A DNA stretch of 45,171 bases, taken from NCBI GenBank assembly GCA_043803685.1, contig JAZDJU010000106.1, positions 1-45,171 of the forward strand, written 5' to 3'. This document shows, piece after piece, positions 35,530 through 43,500 of the stretch. This stretch comes from Candidatus Omnitrophota bacterium. GTDB taxonomy: Bacteria; Omnitrophota; Omnitrophia; Omnitrophales; Aquincolibacteriaceae. How positions within the stretch are numbered: the stretch's first letter is position 1; each line of letters opens with the position of its first letter. Under the pieces are notes generated by a model, which saw only the letters and a program-made list of their open reading frames with translations, made no database searches and was not told where the DNA came from. Made by a program: the position numbers and the translations under genes.

Positions 35530-36186
35530 ATGCCTAGATTTCCGAGGATCCATTTAGAGGACGCCATTTATTCCATTCAGATGGAAGGTCCTTCCGGCGA
35601 GCCTATTTATAAAGATGCCGAGGATTACGGAAAATATCTAAGCATTCTTTCCCAGGCCAAGCAGGAATTCGGCTTCAAACTTTTCTCTTACGCGATCATG
35701 CCCGATCGCATTCATCTTTTGATCGAGCCGCAGGAAGATCATCCGGTCTCCCAGATCATGCAGAAGATCACGCCGAACTACACCAAGTACTATAATAGTA
35801 AATACGGCCGTAAAGGACATCTCTTTCCCAAACGCTTCCGTTCGGTCTATGTCGAGCGTAACGCCTATCTTCCCAAACTTACCCGTTTCATCCATCTTCT
35901 TCCGGAGAGGAGCGGCGTCGCCTCATGTTTCCGTGAATATCCTTATTCGAGTTACGCGGCTTATGCGTCGAACGCGAAGGGCCCCATCTTAGTCGAAGTG
36001 ACTGAGGTGATCCGATCGCTGGGCGTTGCTGTTTCCGAAGATCCCTACGAACGTTACATGCTTTCTGCGGACGACCGGGAGTTGGAATACCTCGAGAAGA
36101 AATTGTCCCGCGGTTCTTTCCTGGGTTCCGATGAGTTCGTTTCAAAGGTCCGCCAGGAGATCGCTCTTCACGCCGCAAAAAAATAA
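35530..36186 (+). CDS. RAYT/IS200-like Y1 transposase-fold protein with degenerate active site
   Basis: MPRFPRI...FKLFSYAIMPDRIHLLI...YTKYYNSKYGRKGHLF..RFRS...TRFIHLLPERSG...YPYSSY. HUH first His is Arg (35707) and the catalytic Tyr is Phe (35887). Confidence 0.85.
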   Translation: MPRFPRIHLEDAIYSIQMEGPSGEPIYKDAEDYGKYLSILSQAKQEFGFKLFSYAIMPDRIHLLIEPQEDHPVSQIMQKITPNYTKYYNSKYGRKGHLFPKRFRSVYVERNAYLPKLTRFIHLLPERSGVASCFREYPYSSYAAYASNAKGPILVEVTEVIRSLGVAVSEDPYERYMLSADDRELEYLEKKLSRGSFLGSDEFVSKVRQEIALHAAKK

Positions 36187-36792
36187 CAAGAAGCGCCCGT
36201 GGAAGAAGTCCTCGCGGAAGCGCCGGCATTTTCGGCTCCCGTTCCGGCGGAGCCTGTTCTCGCCGGAGGCTGGAAGATGCGTCCTATTATTCTTTCCGGA
36301 GCTTTGTTCGCGACGATCGCGCTCAGTTTCATCTCAACAACCTTTGATCGTCCGGTCAAACCGGTCGCGACTTCTGCGGTGTCCGCGGTTGGGACGAAGG
36401 CCCTCGAGAGCAAGATGGTCGCGCGCGCTACGCCTCGTACCTTTAAAGAGCCGATCGAAGGCATGATCTGGGAAGTGGAGATCTACACGATCACAAAGGA
36501 CGGCGCCACTCATCCCATCAAGGACAAGATCCGTTTCAACGGGAAGTCCTTCGAGTCCTATTACTTTTCAAGTCAGGGTTTTTCTCCTTCCAATTACACG
36601 GTGAAGGTCCGTGAGAATGGGGCCATTACCTGGGAAACGATGCAACGGAATCCCAAGGGAGAGCTCATCAGCTGGCGCGGCGACCTGGAAGGTGGCAGGA
36701 TGGAAGGCGTGATGAATTATCAAACCTCGGAGAAAAATATCCAGAATTTTTCTTTTTTAAGTAATGATATCGTGAGGCTGAAAAATGGATAA
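36187..36792 (+). CDS. In-frame continuation of the RAYT-fold gene: Pro/Ala/Glu linker, TM helix, beta-rich extracytoplasmic domain
   Basis: Same frame directly after TAA 36184-36186; no clear SD before GTG 36199; TM PIILSGALFATIALSFISTTF. Confidence 0.7.
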   Translation, partial: QEAPVEEVLAEAPAFSAPVPAEPVLAGGWKMRPIILSGALFATIALSFISTTFDRPVKPVATSAVSAVGTKALESKMVARATPRTFKEPIEGMIWEVEIYTITKDGATHPIKDKIRFNGKSFESYYFSSQGFSPSNYTVKVRENGAITWETMQRNPKGELISWRGDLEGGRMEGVMNYQTSEKNIQNFSFLSNDIVRLKNG

Positions 36793-37561
36793 AACCATAG
36801 CTTCTAGACTAAAGACTATAGACCCTAGCCTAGAAACAGAAAAACAAAAGGCTATAAGCTACGGGCTATATGCTATAGGCCTCATTTTCGCGATGGTTCT
36901 TTTCCCGCTCGTGGGATATGCCGCGACACAAACCTCGGATCATGCCGGCGACGCCTCAAGCGAACTTTCGGTCACGCTCAGTAAATCGATCGAGGCCGGT
37001 AAAGCGGTGGCGGGTCGTGCGCTTTCCAGCAAGGCAAAAGCGGCGAGCGCAGCAGCCGCTCCGTCAGCGGACATAACCCCGGAGATCATCGGTAGCACTC
37101 CTGAGAAAACAGCAGGCATTACAGGCAAGGCCACAGCCACTCAAGGAGCGAAGGTTTTGCCGGTCGCATCTCCCAAAAAGTATGTCTTTAAATATCCCGA
37201 CCTGCCGGTCCTCAGTGAAGATATGCAACCCGTGAAAAAAACGCTCACCGGCGAGGTGGGGGTTGTGATTAAGACGGGCATGAATGTCGAATTTGACCGT
37301 AAGGCGTCCTCTTCGACCGATCTCTGGGTCGAATTTACCCAGGGGACTCAAGTCGAGGGTGTGAAGGCTTTTAGTGAATTTCTTCCGGGCGATAAGGTGC
37401 AGATCACGTACGCGGAAGCCAAAGATCAATCGAAGCGCGCGGTGCGGTCGATCAAACTCTTGAAGAGAAAGACCGAGGAAGAGAAAAAGCGTGAAGCTGC
37501 GGCAGAAGCGCGCGCCGAAGCCGCAGCGGCTCAAAAATCAACCCGGGCGGAGGAGTCATGA
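36785..37561 (+). CDS. Exported protein with Ala/Ser/Thr-rich linker and C-terminal OB-fold-like domain
   Basis: Hydrophobic segment YGLYAIGLIFAMVLFPLVGYA; TLTGEVGVV...FSEFLPGDKVQITY; overlaps both neighbours. Confidence 0.7.
   Translation: MDKTIASRLKTIDPSLETEKQKAISYGLYAIGLIFAMVLFPLVGYAATQTSDHAGDASSELSVTLSKSIEAGKAVAGRALSSKAKAASAAAAPSADITPEIIGSTPEKTAGITGKATATQGAKVLPVASPKKYVFKYPDLPVLSEDMQPVKKTLTGEVGVVIKTGMNVEFDRKASSSTDLWVEFTQGTQVEGVKAFSEFLPGDKVQITYAEAKDQSKRAVRSIKLLKRKTEEEKKREAAAEARAEAAAAQKSTRAEES
36795..36878. repeat. Inverted heptamer arrays (CTATAGC-type x5, GCTATAG-type x4) inside the 5' end of a CDS
   Basis: CCATAGC TTCTAGA CTAAAGA CTATAGA CCCTAGC (36795-36829); GCTATAA GCTACGG GCTATAT GCTATAG (36851-36878). 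Confidence 0.7.
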
Positions 37562-40500
37562 ACTTAAGACCCTGCGTTAAAAAGGAGAGTGTTTTTTCCT
37601 CCCGCAGGGTGCGTCTGGCGGCGTTGGGTCTGGGCATCGTTCTGGCGTTCCTGGCCGCGATCCCGGACGCCGAAGCCGTCCAGATCAAGCGCGTTATTCA
37701 GGGTTCGGAAGCCTTTCTCGCGGACGACGTCTCGAACAGCGTTACGCTGGGTCTCGGCGTCGGTGATTATGTGGATACCAGCAAGGCCTTTATCTACATC
37801 ACCAGTTCGGTCGCGGGAACCACCGCCGACCAGAACATGTTCTTTTACGCCTACTTTGAAGACGGCCAGAATATCAATATCACGCGCGCCACCGGAACCG
37901 TTGTGGCGACTGTTACCTGGTATGTCGTGGAGTTCGTCGACGGCGTTTCCGTCCAGCGCGGCTTGACCAGTCTTGCCAAGGGCGATTTGACGAAAGATTG
38001 TATTTTGACGGCCGTGGACCAGACGAAATCGTTCCCCATTATCGGGGACGGCGGTTTGATCACCACCACGACGGACACGGAGGTTTTGACCGTCATGCCG
38101 TATTTTACAAGCGATACCGTGCTCCGCCTTCAGCGTATAAGAACCGCGACTAACGCCGGTATCGCAAAAACAGTGATCATCGCCTGGCAGGTCGTGCAAT
38201 TCGAGACCGACGCTTCGGTCGCGACGGGGAGCGGAACCATCGCAGCGGCCGCCACATCCGCCACAGCGACGATCAGTCCCGCTCTTAGCGCTTCCTACGC
38301 GACGCAGGCCTTTCCGCTCATTTATTATTCGGGGAATCTGGGTATTAACGGGATCGACTCCATGATCATGGTTCGCGGCAGGCTCACCGCGACGAACCAG
38401 ATCACGGTGAATCGTCGCATTGGAGGTTTGACCAACGACGACGTGTATTATCGAGTCTATGGCGTTGAATTGACGGATGGCGCGAGTACGGTGCAGAACA
38501 GCACCAAACAGCTCACGGCGGGTACGCTTACGAGTACCTCCACAATCACTTCGGTGGATTATGCCAACCGCGTTGTGCCGTTCATCAGTATGAGCGGAGG
38601 TAACGGGTCGAGCAATAACAGGATGGCGGACGATATCTTCACCCGTGTGGAGCTGACGAATGCCACGACCTTGACCTTTGCGCGTCAGGCGGCCAACAAC
38701 AGCATTGTGGTCGATCTTGATTTTAGCGCCGTGGAGTTTTGTCCGGTGACGATCAAGACGCCGAATGGCGGCGCGACGCAGCAGGGAGCAAACGCCTGGG
38801 TCGTGGGAACTAGCTACCAACTTCTCTGGAAACACGCGGACAGCGTGGCCGCCCATAATTGGAAACTTCAGTATTCGCTGAACTCGGGAGGCGCCTATTC
38901 GGATATGGGGAGTTGGTGCGGCGCGGCGGGGACGGCGGCGTGCTCGGGCACGGGAAATCTTTCGGCGGACTCGGGGTCGGCTGTCGCGAACGAAGGAAGC
39001 ATTCTCTGGACGATCCCTTCAAGCACCAATTTCATCGGAACTCTTGTGAGGCTCCGGCTGATTGATACGACGTTAACGGGTTCAGGTTATTCCGAGGCGA
39101 GAAGCCGTGACAGTTCCAATGCCGATTTTACGGTTCGCGGATCCGTGTCGGCCGTCGCTTTGGCGGATACGGATGGGGCCCTTAGCGCGGACAATCCGCT
39201 CGGCGTCGGGAATGCCGATCTCGGTGTGACCTGGTCTCACACGGGAGCGATCGGGAACGTGATTATCGAACTCGATCCTAACGGGGACGGGAATTACGCG
39301 GACGTCGTTACGATCAAAGCCAGCACGTCGGGTACTTCCGATGCCTGTAACGCCGCATGTACTGCCTGGACGGTTCCCGACAGCGTTTCCACGAACGCCA
39401 AGATCCGCGTTCGGGAATTAGCGCCGCCTTCGGGGACCACGGTGGAAGCGGTGAGCTCCGCGTTCGAGATCCGGCCGTTCCTTGCTTTTTTTAGACCGAT
39501 CGCGGGGGACACTTGGGTTCGAGGCCAGGCCCAGACGCCTACGGCCACGAACGGTGTGGTTCGCTGGTGTCAAAAGGGGACGGTTTCTCCCGGGGTGGAT
39601 ATTCGATATTCCGCGAACGCCGGCAACGCTTATTCAGGGGAAGCCAACAAAGTTGCTACGGGGCTTACTTCAAGCGGCACTTGCGACGCTTCGCATTTTT
39701 GCGCGGATTCCGGACAAACCGGTTGCACCGGGGGCACTCAATATAAGTATAACTGGACGCTTCCGGGGGATCTTACTTTGAGCGAAGGTAATGCAATGCT
39801 CAAGATCGTCAAGACGGGGGACCTTGCAGAGCTAGTCTCACATACTACCGGTCTTTTTACGACCAAGGCCTCGGTTCAGCTTGACGCGCCGATCGTCGAT
39901 TCCTCGGCTCCGCTGCGTTATCAGACAGGAGCCGAGCTCACCACTGTCAGCTGGACCAGTCCCGGCGGTGGACAGGGGGTTGTCCAACTCAGGTATTGCA
40001 ATGGTTATGTGGCCAACGGCTGTCAAGGCAATCCGGGCGATTCGGACTGGACTTTGATGACCGATCCTTCGACTGCCACGAATTTAACGACTCCGGGGTC
40101 GTACAACTGGAAAGTCCAGGCAGCGATCGGGACGGATGTCGGGATCATGGTTGCGGATATGACAAGCCCCACGCTGATCTATGCCATGAACGGGCCTTAT
40201 ACGGTCAAGGCCAGTATCACGGTGAACGAACCCGGAGGCGCTCAAACGATGCTGCAGGTCGGAGAGTCCCGGACGATCACATGGACCCCTTCCGGCACGA
40301 TCGGGACGGTTTACATCTGTCTCGATAAGACCGATAACGGGACCTGCGATTATGAAATCGCCGGCGCGGTCGAAAACGTACAGGCCACTGCGGGGCTCTG
40401 GAGTGATTGGCAGCCGCCGGCGGGCGGAGCCACGGAAGTTCCTAATGAGCAATGCACGAACTGCCGCATCCGTGTTTACAAGCCGGGCGATGGCGCGGAC

Positions 40501-43500
40501 CCGGCGGGAACGGTCGGAAAGTCCGGTCTTTTTTCCCTCGGTCGTGCGCTTAACACGGTCGCCGTCAGTGGAACGCCTCCCCGGAAGATCGGAGATGTCG
40601 TGGATGTCACCTGGACCGCTTTTCCGGACGATGCGACATGGACCGTGACGCCGAAATGGTCGACCGATGGTACAAGTTGGAATAATTTGTACAGTGGTCC
40701 TTCGACGCGGGCCGCCGATGGAAGCCCCAGCAGTTGGACGATCCCTGATGTGACGACGATCGTTTCTTCCTCCGTGCGCGTTCGCATTGAAGACGCCGCC
40801 AATAGCAGTCTTTACAGTGATTCGGCTCTGTTTCAGGTCAAAGGAAAGCTCATCCTTACGCAACCTGTGGGCTCTCCCTGGAAGATCGGTACGCCTCATG
40901 ATATCGTTTGGTCCCGGACCGGCGGTACCGCGATCGCGAATGTGAACATTAAATATTCGCTGGACGGTGGAATTAGCTATCCTTCTCAATATACGATCAA
41001 GAGTCTCAGTGGCGGCGGTAGTCCCTTTAGTTGGTGTGTCGGGAAAAATGATGGTTGCAGCGGGACGACCCCAGGTCAGCCTGCGAATGATCCTCTCCTG
41101 GTGATCGGGGCCAATGACAAGAATACGATCGTCAAGATCATGGTTGAAGATGCGGACGATACCAAGGGCAGTGTTGGGGGAGGGACCTACAGCGAGGCGA
41201 CCGCGGACATTACCATTCAAAAAGATTATGCGTCGGTTTTGATCGGAAACCTCGCGGCCGGCGCGGTTCTGTATGTCGGGGATACCAACGGGACGGACCG
41301 CATTAAATGGACGACGGTTGGGGATTCGACGAGCAATGTGTTTCTGGCGTATCAGACTAGCGGCTATACGTTCCCGACCAATAATATCAAGGACGTTCCG
41401 GGCGCAAGTGACGTCAACGCTTACCATTTGTGGACCGTTCCCGACGCTATTGGGGCCGCAGTCAAGGTCAGGGTCAAGAACGCGAATTTCCCCGATGATA
41501 TCTATGCGGATTCCGGTGCCTTCGTGATCAAGGGGAAGATCACGACCGCGTTCCCGACGACCGGTTCCGTGTTGGTGGTGGGACAGGACGTGCCAGGTGG
41601 TATTCAATACGCAAAATTCGGGGATATCGGGAATCTCGAGATCATTTACAGACACGGCACCTATGATACTGTGATCACGCCTCCAGCGAGTCCGGGTCCG
41701 GAAGGCACAAGTGAAGGGACCACTTTCTCGTGGAACGTGGTTTCGACGGATTCGAATAGTGACAGTGTGATCCACGTGGGGCTTGGCCAACCGACTAGCA
41801 AGTTCATACTGACCGGGTTGACGCAAAAAGGGGATCCCGCGTTGGAGGCGACCATCGAAACGCCGCTCTTCAAGATCCGCGGTGATCTTTATAACGGTGC
41901 GGCTTCCCAGCTTCTTTCGGAGCCGGGAGGCGGGGAAGTTTACGCGATCGGTGGGGTGACGCAACGCTATGTCCGTTGGCGAGCTCGCGGCATTATCGGG
42001 AACGTCCGGGTGCGTTTGGACTTGAACGACGGCAAGGGCGATGACGATACGGCCAACACCTCAGACGATTATGCCATCCAGGTCCAAAGGCCAAATGCGG
42101 CATGCGGGACGCCCCCCTGCTACGCGGAATCCGTCGCTTATAATCTCGAGGAAGATACCTCGGATACGGATAATTACAGCATGGAATGGCTCATCCCCGA
42201 TCTGTCGACGTATCAAGCCCGTATCCGGGTGGAGAGCCTGGACAATCCTTATGACTACAATGATCCCAGTAATGCCATGGCGACTTACGCCATCACCGGA
42301 AGGTACGACAACCAAAAGTTCTGGATCCGGCCCAGTGTGGCTGTGGTCTCTCCGAACGGCGCACAAAATCCCCAGTGGAAAACCGGCGAAACTGGAAAAT
42401 CGATCATCGTCAGTTCCAGTGGCGCCGCGAAGCTTGATGTCTGGCTTTGCTATAACAACGCCACGAGCGATTGGCCCGATTGCTCGACCAAATACGTGAT
42501 CACGTCAAACTTTCAGGTGAGTGCCGGCAATAGAGAATTTTCTTGGAATGTCCCCAATGATTTTAGTACCGAAAATGCCATCATCCATGTGCAGTGGTCG
42601 GACCAGACTTCGATCAGCGGTGAATCGGCCGCCATTTTCAAGATCAAATCGGCGCTAGGTGTCACCTACCCGAACCAGTTCAGCGATGAGATCGTCGTGG
42701 GCAGCAGCGACGGGTCCAATGACATCACCTGGACCGCGATCGGCGTCGGGCCTTCGGATACGGTGAAGATCAACGTCTCGACGGACGGGACGACCTGGAA
42801 TGACGGGACGCCGACCTACGCGAATCTGGGAGGATTGATCGTGGGTTCGGCCTCGGCGACGAGTGGTGTTTACACCTCCTGGACGGTCCAGGACATCATG
42901 TCGGATGCCGCAAAGATCCGAGTTTGTAAGAACGAAGGCGCTGCGACGGGCGAAGCGTGCGCGATCTCAAATGTTTTCAATATCACAGGTTCTATTTCTT
43001 CCGTTTATGTCAAAAATGCCGTGAACGATCCTGAGCCGCCAACGCCAGTGGTCGATCTTTCCATTCAGGACAAGACCAAGGTCATTACCTGGAAATACAC
43101 GGGGAGTCTGGGTACGGTCAATATTGACTACACCATTAACGCAAGTAATCTAACGCCTACCTGGTTTCCGGTGATCGGGTGCCAGGATGTTTCCGTGGGA
43201 GCCGGCGGAAGCGGTTCTTGCGTATGGGATCCAGTCACGGGTATTCCCGGGCCGCCTTCCGCGGACGTCAAGGTCCGTGTTTCCAACAAACAGCACCATA
43301 ATCCCACTCCCGATAGCTGGAAAGATCTGACGACGGTTGGAACGCAGACTCACAGTATTATTGGAAGTATCACGGAAGTCGGGGTCGTGCCGGATGCTGA
43401 CGGATCTGTTCTGAGAGTGGCCGGAAGCAAATCAATCCGCTGGAAGCAGAACGGGGGTATTACAAGTTTCGATATCAAATACAGGGTCGATGGTGGAAGC

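Noticed and set aside
35190..35537. 115-aa ORF upstream of the RAYT-fold gene
   Set aside because: It runs through the riboswitch, terminator and T14 tract; better explained as non-coding leader.
35530..36186. Active IS200/IS605 insertion sequence
   Set aside because: Catalytic His and Tyr are absent, there is no tnpB or downstream end hairpin, and the gene is embedded in an operon.
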